Part shown: piece by piece, positions 25,310 through 37,868 of the stretch
Numbering within the stretch: the stretch's first letter is position 1
Layout: every line of letters starts with the position of its first letter
Source: Cystobasidiomycetes sp. EMM_F5
Taxonomy: Eukaryota
Assembly (NCBI GenBank): GCA_051047955.1
Contig: JBPGPT010000010.1
Location: 372,001-436,000 of the forward strand
Direction: 5' to 3'
Length of the DNA: 64,000 nt
Translations under genes and position numbers: made by a program
The notes under the pieces: model-generated
Database searches by the model: none
Told to the model about the DNA's origin: nothing
What the model saw: the letters and a program-made list of their open reading frames with translations, nothing else

Positions 25310-26718
25310 CTACTCTTTCGTCGCACCAGATGAGGTAGTCTCGTCCGTGCCTGCATCGAACACTACATCGCCCTTATCTGGTTTGGCGGAAGGCGGATTG
25401 CTAGATCCAGATGGCCCAACGGACGTATTGAGAGACGGCAGAGATCCCGACGATCTCGTCGCTGGACTCGGCTTTGTAGCCAGTCTTTGATCTAGAGCCT
25501 TTAGGGCTAGAGCACGCCGCCGTTCTGCCTCTGCTCGCGTATTCACCACTCCGCTCTCCATATCGTTGCTTGGGCCCCATTGCTTTAATATGTTTAGCTT
25601 GACCGCCAGATCAAACACGAAGCGCGATAGTTGGGATACATATGGCCTATAGCGTGTCATATATCAGCATACTTTATACACAGCAAGGACAAGCTCGACT
25701 TGCTGGACAAAAGGCGGAAACCAGCTTGCAAAGGAGAAGGTTTCTGATCGATCACCGCGGAAGTCCATGCCGTCATTCTGCTTGACGAATCGCAAGTAGA
25801 ACCATGATACAAGCCAGCCAAACTGTATTAGGATGAAGGGGGATTGATAGCCTAGAATGACCATTACATTCGAGAATGTCACGTAGATCATAGGCAATTG
25901 CTGCAGAGACACGACAATTAGCAAAGCAGAATAAAAAAGTATCGTATTACCTACCTTGACGCGGAGCTTGGCTAGGCCGCCGAAAAGTTGCACCTGATGT
26001 TCAGGAATTATTTGCGTGAAGGCAACCAAAAAGCCAGTCTGCAACGCCATCATTCCATGATATGATTGTCCGAAGCTGCAGTAAACGTTCGAGTGTCAGT
26101 GCTTAGAGACTGTAGAATACAAGGACACGCTTACAGAAGCATGCCAGAGTCGCCCAAGACGAAATGCTCCAAAACGTTGACTGCCACAGCGATAATGTTG
26201 GACGCGACGACCGTCACTGCTACAAATTGCAAGAACTGCCATTGTCCCCATACGCGCTCCAGGTATCTCCCAGAGAGAACAATGGATACTGTGGAAAAGA
26301 TGAACTGTAATGAGGTACATGTCAGCGAGAATTTGGTAGAATCTATAGCGCGCTTCCATACCTCTAGCAGACTGGCCTCGCAAAATGCAGCCGTCAACAG
26401 CGTCCACGGGCTGTGATATGGTTTGAATTCATTTCAGTCAGCTCTTGCTCAATACGTATGGCAGTCTGTCGCCCAGCATCCGGCCGGACGACAGAACACG
26501 TACTACCAGACCACCGATCCGGGAACCACGACCAAGTATGGAAACTGGACTGTGCTATCGTTGCTGGTTCCGAAAACAGCTCCAATGCCTGGAATTGACC
26601 GGGTTGCATTTGTGCGAGCCAGGGACAGCGCCAAAGAACACGCAACGGTCGCGCCAGCAGCTATGCGGGTGCCTTTGGGGACTGCCTGCAGCCACGCAGG
26701 CGCACTTATTGAGCTCAT
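25310..26718 (-). CDS. TMEM115 / DUF1751 Golgi integral membrane protein
   Basis: LVVVPGSVVW.PWTLLTAAFCE, GRYLERVWG, FLVAFTQIIPEHQV, SWFYLRF, GDRSETFSFASWFP and AERRRALALKALDQRL. Confidence 0.88.
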
Positions 26719-26997
26719 GGTTCAGGTTGCACTGCAGACTTGCTCGGAACGGCTGGCAAGTTTCAACGGATTTGAATCTGAACGCGTGATGCATGATCGG
26801 CCACTTCGAGGTTCTGTCTCTTCAGGCGACTGGTAGTATGTCTTACAACGACTTTCACTTCTTGTACTATTACTGATCTCACTTCGTTACGCTGATGCAG
26901 CAGGAAAAGGAATACAGAAATTACTCAGAGCTCGTCAGAAAATTGAAATGTAGGTAATCAGGACTAGCATGGCAGCAAAAGATGCCGAGGTGCGACA

Positions 26998-29539
26998 TCA
27001 GAAGAATGGAGGAGCGCCAGCAGCCATCATCATGTCGACCAAGCCCGGAGGCGGTGGTCCAGCGGGGAAAGGAATGTCAAAGACACCAAATCCGAAACCG
27101 CCTTGCGGACCGTTGAGAACCGGAGTAACGCCGCCCCTCCAGACGGCAGAAGGTGCTCCATCCCCAATGTAATGCCAGTGATGGCAAGCCTTACGTAATC
27201 GCATGATGTTAACAAGGGTATGTTCCTGATCATGCGGCCATCGCAAACCATCTCTGCGGGAAAGAGTGAAGCAGTGAAGCTTGGGAAGGACGTGTGGTAC
27301 ACTTTTTGTTGCGCCTGTCTCCTTGCCGTTGGACTTGACCTTGACTTTTCTCTGTCGAATAGAGCCTCAGCACGATTTTCTGCCTATATTCAAGGGTAAT
27401 TTCTACTAACCTGCTTTTTCAACAAAGTAATCATCTTGCCGAGATCGACGCCAGTGTTGTCTTCCAGGGCGAGCACTTCTACAGATTTAGGAAGACGAGC
27501 AATCGTAACGGTGCTGATCAGACTGCCAGACAGTTTGAGCTCTCTCAATTTCGGCAAGTGCCCAATCAGGCCATCCAAAAGGTATCGTGATCCGGCAGCT
27601 GCTTCGGCTGTCATGTTGGGTGCGAGGGCGAGCGGTGCAGTGGTGGGTAGTGGATGCCACGTAGGCATAATGTCCAATTGTATATCCTGCAAAGTCTGGC
27701 CATGAGCAAGGATAATACGTGCATATCCCAACCTTGTAATCTTCTCCGAAGGCTCATGGAGTTCAAAGACGTCTAGCAATCCTTTGGATCTTGCCATAAG
27801 ATAGTTGAGTTCGTTATCGGAGATATCGCACCTCGATAGCGAAAGTTTCTTGAGAGCCCCTACAAATGGCTTGAGCATGGCACTTGACGACTTGAGGTAG
27901 GTCAGTTGCAGGTCTTCGAGACTCTTCCATTGCGTGAAGAGCGGCTCCAGTAGTTGCATTGTCCAGATGAGACTGTTGTGAGGATTGCTTGTTTCGCCGC
28001 CACCTCGAAGGCCGAGAGCTTTGATACCAGTACGGCTAGCCAATGCGTTTCGGAAGGGCATCATGGCTGAGCGAAGCCAGTCTGAGGTACAGAAGAACGT
28101 ATCTAGTCTTGTGCAGAGTCTGATAATGTCGAGCACGACGCTGCCTCCACCTCTGCCGACCGAGATGGTCTTTGGGATGTCTATCGACACACTACGAACC
28201 AGCCACGCAATGGACTGCCTTTGTTGTCCTTCCTCATCGTCCGCCTCCGGTACGTGATCGGTAGTAGGGACACAGGGGCTTTGCAGAGTGCGTAGGAATA
28301 GCGAAGCTTGGTACATGTCGTTCAATAATATATTGCGATTATAAAGAAGAGAGCGTACGGCGCTCAGGAAAGCTCGATTGATGAAAGCCAGCGGAAGTAT
28401 TGGCTCTTTTGGCAACCCGTCAGGGAAGGTGAGATGAGCGTCGTTATTACCAGTGATTCCGGCAGCTTCTAGCGCGGCATCATCTGCTTCGCCAAACATC
28501 ATCTCGTCTTCGTCTTCCTCTTCTTCGTCAGAAGCCTCGTCCTCCCAGGCCTGCAGAACAGATCAGTCAGCTACGCTGTAACAAAGCTACATATCCCAAG
28601 ACTCGCCTCATCGCCATCTTCAGAAATTACATCGTTGCCAGACATATCTGGCATATCCTCGAGGTCTTCCTGGGTATAGTCCACATTGGCTTGTGCATCC
28701 AAAGCTTGCTGCAGGGATTCTGGCAGTGGAGGGCTAGTAGGAGCTGCAGCATCTTCGTCTGCCACATCACTGGTTGTTTCAGCAGAGTCTGTGTCGTGCG
28801 TGTCGTTCACATTTGTGTTGGCTGCTTCCGCATTTGCGCTTGCTGCATTTACTATTGGATTCTCGGGAGTTGGGCCAGTAGCAGCTGGGGCGGCGATTGA
28901 AGGTGCCGTTACCTGGGCAGCGGTCTCTTGGTGCGGAGTAGGAGCACTATGATATGGTACTGTCTCTTCCAATTCTGGCATGTCCTCATCGTCGTTAACC
29001 TGGGGATTCAAAGGCGGACCAGCAGCTCCACCGTCACCGCCATGTAGAGCCCCGCCGTGTATTGCTTGAAACAGACCATTCAGGCCAAACATAGGACCAG
29101 CGAATCCGTTCATCAGCGGTGGTCCGTTGTTGGGCTCGTTGTCACCGCCGCCACCTTGTGCCAGACCTGCTGGACCAAAAAGAGCTTGAAAGAAGTGGGC
29201 AGGCGGTTGTGGTGCATTCAAATTTGGGGGAGGTGGAGGGCCAAAGACGGGCGCAGGTGCTGGACCGTTTTGAGCTGCGTTGGCTGGATTTTGCGCAGCA
29301 GGACCGGCAGGCACTGGTATAGCTATACCAGGTCCCCCAAAGAGGTGCGCATGCGCTACATCCTGTTCTGCCATTTCAGCTTCGTGAGCCGCAATGTCGC
29401 GCTCGGCCTGCTGTCGCTGCTCCTGCGTTTCGAGTATGCAGACCCATTCTGTGATACGGAACACTATCTCGGAAGGTAGCGAATTGAGCGTGAAGCGTGG
29501 AGCCTGCTTTGGCTCTCTACGGTCCATCGTGTTACCCAT
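26998..29539 (-). CDS. F-box-like / RNI-like LRR protein with a large Pro/Gly/acidic insertion
   Basis: N-terminal LNSLPSEIVFRITEWV, then ~350 aa of low-complexity sequence, then LPLAFINRAFLSAVRSLLY and LRR-like repeats (LEDLQL, LKKLSL, LRELKL). One GC-AG intron at 28551-28606. Confidence 0.65.
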
Positions 29540-29674
29540 GTTGACCAGAAATCACATCCGCTCAGCTTTGTTTGCCATATCGCTCAGAGACAAAAGGGCC
29601 CATCTGGCAACGCAAACTGCTGATGAAAATTGATCACAACAAGACGCGACGAGGCGACCGAGGCACACATATGA

Positions 29675-30877
29675 CTACCTAGTAAGAGGCGTCTGGTCAT
29701 CTCCCTCACCCAAAGCCAGAGTCATATCCCGGACGAGTCTCGAGAGCATCCACACCGGCGAGTCGTACGCAAGGTCATACCACCAATTGACGGCCACAGC
29801 GAGAGGCGCCTCTTCTTCACTCCCGCATGTCTGGGATACGCGGTGAAACCACAGTGCTGGAAGGTACAGCATGTCCCCCCGTTTCAAGGTTACTTGTAAC
29901 GGTCGCGCGTGCTTGAAGCGGGGAAAGCGCCGCAAATCAGGATTGGCAGGGTCTACTGGAATCCAGGGAACCCTCTCAGCTGCCGCCGAATCTTGATTCA
30001 CTGTCCATGCCCCAGTCTTGTCATTACGTACGTATCGTCCCGTTCGATACGGCCGCTCTGTGAAATGCTTAGTCCGTACAACAAATCGAGCACAAGTTCA
30101 GCCCTCTCACCGTGCAGACAGAAGTATTCGGTCGGCGGAAGAAGGTCGAACGTCTTCGTGCCATGTACGACTAGATACAGATTCTCATAGGGATCCTTGT
30201 GCAGGCTGGTGACACTGCGCTCGTCGCCGATCCATACATTTGTTGCGTCAGGCTTGCACTTGAAGACTTGGCTCGCAAAGTCAATGTCTTCAGTAGCGTC
30301 ATCCAGCAGACAATCGAGTTCGCCGTGAAGATTGTCGTTTTGCGATTGAAGATAGAGTACTTCCTCTGCAATCTTTCGCTTGCTTAGGCGAGCAAGAAAC
30401 GTAGACATGGTCATGTTGATGTCTGTAGGTATTGATCAGCGTTTGGTTCAGGCTAGAACTTCGATGCCAACCGACATGCGGGTTCCACAAAAATGTCATT
30501 AATAATAGAATCTGCATTGCTTGCGGGGTTTTTCAGTCACGATATATGCCAACGAAGGAGAGACTCTGGTACTGACCCTTCAGGCGTTGTTGCGATTTGT
30601 ATTTGTCTGTCTCCGACCGTTCTTGCGAGATAGTCCAAGCTCCATTTCTTCAGAGCCGGAATCTGCAGTACGTGGCCGAGCCCGCGCATCACCACTGGTC
30701 TGTTGCGCTTTACATAGTCTGAGAACACCAGCGGTGAAACGCGGCCGTCAAATTCCTCGACAAAAGATGGGTTCAAGTCTGTTAGCGAAATGTAGTCAGT
30801 GCGAGAGGAGGCCTTGCTCAATGACAAATGTCACCTTGATAGTCGCGAATCATGTCAATCAGTATGTCCTCCATCAT
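29675..30877 (-). CDS. JMJD7: JmjC (cupin-like 8) protein, JMJD7 family
   Basis: SPLVFSDYVKRNRPVV, YLQSQNDNL, PDATNVWIGDERSVTSLHKDPYENLY (HxD facial triad start) and GDMLYLPALWFHRV..AVNWWYD. Short first exon MMEDILIDMIRDYQ. Confidence 0.87.
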
Positions 30878-31429
30878 TGCGGGCTGGTGAGCAACGTTGT
30901 GTTGTGGCGGAAGTGATGTGTACGAATGAAATACCGCGGAGAGTAGCTACAGGCCGTCAGAAAAGGGTTGCATGCATAAGCGGATACGGTGTCATGGGCA
31001 TTGCCTTCGCAGTTGCGTATCGCTGAATTCAAAGGTTGACGAGAAACCACCTGCCAATTATCAGGAGCTGTCGGCTCTTTCTTCAGATGACCCTCTGCAA
31101 ATCAGCTTTTACAGCAGATATGAATGTCAAGCTCAACATGGGCTCATGATAATGAACGAAAGCTTCAGAGCTGTTACAACTCCTGAGAACCTTGCCAGCT
31201 GCCGCGACCGTTACCCGCTCGCCCAGCAGAATCGGGTGGCTTGCATAAATAACGTGCTCGTGCTGATGTTTGCGGGTTGGGATGCGATTTGGAGGACGAC
31301 TGACCAGCTGCGACGTGTCCCAACTGCCGCTGGATTACTCCTGACGTCTCACGATAGCCTCCCGCTGAACACCAGCACCACTTCTTACGACCCACTTTAC
31401 GCGCATCCTAACGGCACAGCACAGTCGTC

Positions 31430-32636
31430 ATGTGTAGGTTTGCGCAATTCGGACGGCGGATACTTCGCCTGATACGAGTAGCTGACGCTTGTCTTGGCGC
31501 AATGCAGGGTGCGATAATTGGTGCGGACTGCTTGTTGTCACACCGCCTACGCCGCCGCTTTGTCTCAAGGACACTGCTGGCAATGAGCTACAGCATACGG
31601 GAGGCTTAAAAGCTGACTCTGATCTTTCATTGATACACTTGCAGTCTCTTGATCTTCCCGCTGCGGGCCGGCGGCATGGCTCTGCTCGCATTCATTGCCT
31701 TGTACCAGTGATTCGGAGTTCGGGCACATGCGACCTGTGAATGCGGCTGAGTAGCTTCATTTTCGCAGAATCGCTGGAGGAATTTTTCTGTTCTTGTATG
31801 GATCGCTGTTTTACTTTATGGTGAGGCATTCCGCTATCTGCATTTCTTTCGGAGCCAAATTGACACACGACACAGACATATGAACCGTACGCAGTCCTCT
31901 TCCGATATATATAGTCTTCCTAAATTCCGTGTCATTCTCATTGACGCAGCCAAATCTACGGCGGAATCGCAATGACCATTGCAGCTCTGTGCGTTCTCGC
32001 TGCGGTCGGTTTCTCGAATGTATGGTACAGTATACTCTTGAAGTAGTAGCAGCCTGGCTGACAATTCGCCATAGTCTTCATACTTCATGGTCAGGATAGC
32101 TTTTGTCGTATTCCCGTTCATTCTCATATTGGCTGCCGTTCGTGCTGGATTCATGGTGAGTGAGGCCAATCACAGGCTACGGACGAGTTAGCCGCATTGA
32201 AATCGATAGCTGATTGGCACATGTCTTCACTGGTCAGGTCTTTGAGTTTAACGCACACACCGACAAGCTTCAATGGGAGTGCGACAACGGAAGGCAAATG
32301 TGGAACGCCAGCATCGCAAATACGACAATGGCCGCTGGAAACAGAACTGTATCCGCAGATGGGTATAACGGATACCTGGTCCCTGAAAAGTTTTGCAGCA
32401 TCGGCGTCCATCAGAGCTATCTTACGTTTGTGGCAGCTCTGATACTCGACTTCATTTTCCTCGTGTATGCCTACTTCCTGGACTATCGTATGATGGCTCG
32501 CATTCGACATGCTTACTCGCTTGTCAGCAAGAACACAGGTAGGTGGTGGTCCCGAGCAGGCGTGCGCGCAACGCCGGCCAATACTGAACGTTCTTCTGCT
32601 TTGCGTCATACAGCAGGTCCATACGGATACGCTTAG
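31430..32636 (+). CDS. Four-transmembrane protein of unknown function (tetraspanin-like topology), 8 exons including microexons
   Basis: Hand splicing of exons at 31430-31433, 31508-31520, 31645-31707, 31769-31820, 31876-31886 and onward gives MWCDNCLLIFPLRAGGMALLAFIALYQIAGGIFLFLYGSLFYFMTYEPQIYGGIAM..., with four hydrophobic helices and a 2-Cys loop carrying N-glycosylation sequons. Confidence 0.7.
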
Positions 32637-32890
32637 GCTCGCCAGACTTTCAACGTCTCCGCCAACTTTCATGGAGCTGTATTGTCAGCTCTTGTACTCC
32701 TACTCACAATCCATCGATACACGCAGTCAACGCAGTACCTTCTTCGCACCTTGTTGTCTAAACAATTGTTGTGCTACCTGGGCTGTTAACAACAATATTC
32801 CTTCCGCTCGTCCTCTTGAACAATTGCATATACGAGGCTTGTTTGTAGTCGACCAGTGGATTGACTATGTTCCGAGCGGTGTCGCTGTAA

Positions 32891-35800
32891 ATGCAGGATG
32901 AGAATGACCACGAGCGGAGTCTGCAACTGCGCGAAACAAAGTCACACATCGGCTGCGCCCGTCCGAATGCTGGAGCCCACTCGCTTGTTGTGCTGTCGGC
33001 TGGAAGTCGCGAGCAGGATGACCGCATTGTGAGCCGAAATGGTATACAGAACACAATAATTGGGCAAGCTGACCACCAGACTCAAGGCCATAGCAGCCGG
33101 TAGTCATGTTGATATCCTCGACGCTGGCTTGCATGTCGAGACCGCTTTGCTCTTTGATGAAGCGTTTCCTACAAGCACAAGTCATGGAGCACTTATCGAA
33201 GTCCTGGCCCATGACACTGCAACAAGACGGGCAAGTCATGATATCTACCATTAAGTAGACTTAGTAATGACCCAGTTGACTGTGCAGATAGCGGCCACTT
33301 CCGATGACCGCATTGCAATTTGGGAACAAACGATAAACGGCACCTATCGTGTGCATTCGATTCTGTCTACAGGCTTCATCATAAAATGCCTGCAATTATC
33401 GGAGAGTATGTTAGTCGCGGGAGGCGAATCGCTGGCCGTATTCTGCCTGACTGAAGAGACGGGTCTGCCAGTCTGGCGGAGATCTTGGCAAAAACAGTGA
33501 GTTTCGCTGAGTATGCATTTCGCGTCATAGTGTGCTAATGCCTCGTCAGACTGCCTGTTGCAGCTACGCACGCGGCTATTTCGCCGCATGACAATCTCCT
33601 CGCCGTGTCATATCTGGTAAGCGCGCCGACACAGCATACCTTATTGCAAGCCTGAGTGATTTCGGCAGGCCCATCATATTGTGGATATATACCGGATCGA
33701 TGTGAAAACAGTACCCATACAACCGGAGTCTCTCTGTCAAATATGGCAACCTCATCCCGTAGCCGTTCTGAGATGGATCTCACTGGATCCTACTGCAACA
33801 CAGACTACTGAAGCCTTCCCGCCGGTGTTGTGTCTGACTGGCGTGGACGGAGTATCCCGGCTTTACAGAAGCATGCCCGACGACACCTCGCACCTAGTAC
33901 AGTGGTCAACTATCCCACCTGATAGCGAGAGTACGACATTAGCTACTTTTTGGACGCGAGCCGGGAGACCGTATCTGCTCAGTATAAGCGCGAAAGGTCG
34001 CGTGTCAAAGTGGTCTATGAAAGTAAGTAACACAAGCATATGGCCCTCAAGTTACATCATTCAGTCTCCTTTCTCTGCAGACATATGCGGCTTCATCGGC
34101 AGCCGTTTGGCTCCAGCACGACACATGTACTTTGACAAGATTGTCTCAAGAACAGCTAGCCTGTTTTCGCCACTCGAGACTCCTGCATTCAAAGCGTGGA
34201 ATTACGCTGATCGGTGCATCGAAACGGCACAAGCTGCTTAAGTGCTATATCGAGGATGATGCATATCGGATACGAAACTCCAATATAGTACGGTTCCAAC
34301 CTACGCAAACTATCATAAAATATTATGCCAGCGCGTCAGGCTCTCATTGTGTCTCGGTAGGGCAAGGCGGCGAGATTTTGTTCTGGAAGGCTAGACGACT
34401 GCGCCGGCTGATCGGACGAATGGATGTCACAGCATCCTACGCCATGGAGGAAGACATTCACCTTCGTGGCGGCGCACTAGCACCCAACGGTGCTCTACTG
34501 TGTCTCGTTACCGATACGGCTGTCTTGTTCTTCCAACACACCGTCGCGACCGGAAAGGTCAACGAGATTCAGCCCGAGCTGCCCGGACTACCGGCTGCTT
34601 ACGACATCCTTGATGTTTGCTTCGCTTCGAGCAGCGATGGCGTGTTACACGCTATTACGGTAGATCTTCACGGCAGCATATGTGTGTACGTGATGGACAA
34701 TCTATCGCTATGCTCCAAGGTGTACTGCTCAAAGTACGCCGTTCGGCCTCTACTGGCCACTGTTTCAGCTGCTCCAGCCAGCGGGGACGTTCAAATTGCG
34801 CTTGTAGCAGAGAGCGGAGACGCAATCTCAATTGGAATGGTGGTCGATGGCGAGCATACTGCTGCACGCCAAGATAACGCTTTCACAATCAAATCATCGA
34901 ACGTTTCCCACCTCTGCTGCGCTACTGGCAATTATGTTGCTACTGGTAAGGCGTCTTGTCGCACAGTTGTTTGATCGCTAAATGTGCGGTAGTCGGCGAT
35001 ATAGAGGGACGCAATACAGTAACAATCGTAAACGCTCATGCCACCAATTTCACTTCCGGGATCGAATATACCCTTGGCCTAGAGTGAGCAGCACCCCGGC
35101 AGCTACGGGGTCCGCCTGACGTTTTCGTACAGCGACACAGAATTGGTCGTATCGATGCAATTTATCAACATTACAAATGGTCTTCCGTTACTTCTGGTCA
35201 GCTTGACACATAGAATAATCGTCATATCACAACGGCAGCTAGATCTGTTCAATGACAATTCACCTTGGTACCCTATCATCAGTCAGCCGTTGGAAAGGTA
35301 GGTGATGAAGCCTGCTAAGCATAGGTGCTGGCTGAGTGTACATTGATAGTCCGTATCCTGTCGGTGCTGCCACATTTGTTTGGAATGCAGCCATTTTCAT
35401 CGCTACCGGCTCTCAAACAAGGCTATTGTCAAACAGTGTATCAGACGGCCGTTTACTCGAAGACATCATCCAGCTCGATAATGCACCTTTACCGGATTAC
35501 CATCCGCAAGTGTTGTTGCAGTGCTTGGAAGCGGGTAAGTCCTCCATAATTCACTCAGACGGACAATCTGACACAATAATACGCGAAGGCAAAGCAAGTC
35601 TTGTCGATGAAATCCTACTCCGGCTACGCGATGCATGCCGCGGTCTAGAAGATGGCCAAAGGGCAGTATACTCCGCGATTGAGCCGATACAGTACTACAA
35701 TCAGGAAGGGCGTCATGCGGAGGTGTGCTGAACCACTTGATGGTATCTCATACATGACTGAGTCATCAACAGCCGGCAGGTGTCTCAAGTGGCAGCACTT

Positions 35801-37791
35801 ACGCGCGTTTGACCAACGGGTACGGGGTACAGCAGATTTGGCTTATACATGACTTACAATTATGATGTCTACATGACGCTGCAGCTCCTCGGCTCAAAGT
35901 GCTTTCTCGCACCAAGATGCCGAAGATCTTCGCATCGCCATCGACAGGGGTATCGTTCCCCAACTAAACAATCTTGAATTAGCGAATTTGAGAAGCCTTA
36001 TCGAAACCGTAGTGCAGGTTCGTACTACCTTATTGCCCTTGAGCGCATCATAATGACGTTCGTGTTCAGGTTGACCTGCAAAAGCGTGCACTTGACATGA
36101 ACGGCATGCGATTTCTCCTCGCTTTGCGAAAATTTGCAGTGTCGCGTGCAACACAGGGTAGCAATACCGTGAATGCAAATGGTGCTTATGACCAAGCGGC
36201 GCCTGTGGCTCGCATGCAGTATCGCGCTCTCTTGTGGGCTTATCACAGCGAGTCGCAAGATATACTGCTTACATCGTGCACTACCGTGCTTGACAAGCCG
36301 ATTTTGTGGCGAGACGCTAGAGCTCTCGGTCTAGCAATCTGGGTCAAATCCAAGGAGGCCCTTGTAAGTTGGAAGATATCGCCGCCCGCCTTATTAGCGG
36401 TTAACTCTCGTCTATGTGCATTGCGACAGGCTGCTCAGCTGGATGTTATTGCTCGTAACGAGTATACATCGCAAGAAGATCGCGATCCAACAAATTGTTC
36501 CCTCCTCTACTTCGCTCTTCGAAAAAAACGACTCGTTCAAGGCTTGTGGCGACAGGCTACTCACCACAAGGAGAGGTCACTCATGATGAAGTTCCTCATG
36601 AACGATTTTGATACACCTAGGTGGAAGTCCGCTGCAATGAAGAACGCATATGCATTAATGAGCAAACAGCGGCCAGGTATGCTGTGTCAGTTATCAGGAT
36701 AACCCATATATACTAACGGTGCCTGTCGTGCGGTATGTCAGAATACGCTGCGGCATTCTTCCTGTTGGGTGATAGTCTCAAAGATTGCGTAGGAGTATGC
36801 TTGCGACAGCTAAATGACTTCCAACTGGCCATCGCAATCATTCGCGTATACGAAGGGGACGATGGCCCGAATCTGCGTAATATTATAAACGACCACGTGC
36901 TACCTTTAGCATTCTCGCAAGGCTATCGGCGCCTGGCATGCTGGTGCTTCTGGACGCTGAAGCGGAGAGATCTCGCCATACGAGCTCTAATTGTTAGTTG
37001 TACGCGCACCGACAGTGAATCATGAACTGAAGATGCTCCACAGGCGCCGCTTGCTGAGCTTCTTGGTACGCTGGACAACTCTGCTATCAAAAAGATCGGT
37101 CAGCCGAGACACGAAGATCCTGGTCTTGTCCTGCTTTTTGGCCAGCTACGAGAATGGTCTCTCCAAACGTTAAGCGGGACACAAGCGATCTCACCTATTC
37201 GGGAGACACAGGTATGTGTACTCATAGACTAAAGTGAGATTGTTCACGCTGAAAGCCCCTGATCCGAAGTTCATCGTACATATCGCGCAAGTTCTCGCCA
37301 GAATGGGTGAGTGGGATTGTTCTGCTTTACGGACGAGCGTTGACGATCGAGCACTCCGATAGGCTGCCACTACCTAGCCATCGACCTGGTTAGAAACTGG
37401 ACGTTCCGATCCGCGAAAGACCAAATCCTCGCACTGTCAACAAAGCCATGGGTTCATGACAATACTGTTCAGGCCGCAAACGGCGAGTCCGCGCCACATC
37501 GGAGACCACATGAGCGCCGGCGGTCGTCGTTGATGGCTCTGAAGCGAAGAAGGTATGGCTCAACTTCACGTTACATCACTTTGACTTACGCATAGTTCTC
37601 GCAATTGCCTTAGCACTATCATTTTGGACGTGCCCAGCGCAGTTGTTTCTAGAGCGGGCTCGCCGGAACGTCATGCAGACGAAGCCAACGTCAAGACTGC
37701 CGAGCAACAGCAGCGTGAAGGATTCAAGCGAATACTGAAGGAGGTTAAAGCAACACCAGCAGAGTTTGACATGGGTGCTTTTGGGTTCTGA
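32891..37791 (+). CDS. RAV1: RAVE complex subunit Rav1 (rabconnectin-3 alpha-like); many introns; start uncertain
   Basis: WD40-like N-terminal part, then LPDYHPQVLLQCL, WAYHSESQDIL, RDPTNCSLLYFALRKKRLVQGLWR, RWKSAAMKNAYALMSKQR and YAAAFFLLGDSLKD (Rav1p_C). Ends EFDMGAFGF*. Confidence 0.9.
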
Positions 37792-37868
37792 GGCGTGGGC
37801 ACTTTTAGTATCTCGCAGTAGCACCCATATTATTGACAACATCATGAGGATGAGCGTTATTTCTTTGC

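Noticed and set aside
30972..31472. 166-aa ORF between JMJD7 and the 4-TM gene
   Set aside because: No motifs, and it overlaps the divergent promoter region and the first exon of the better-supported spliced gene.
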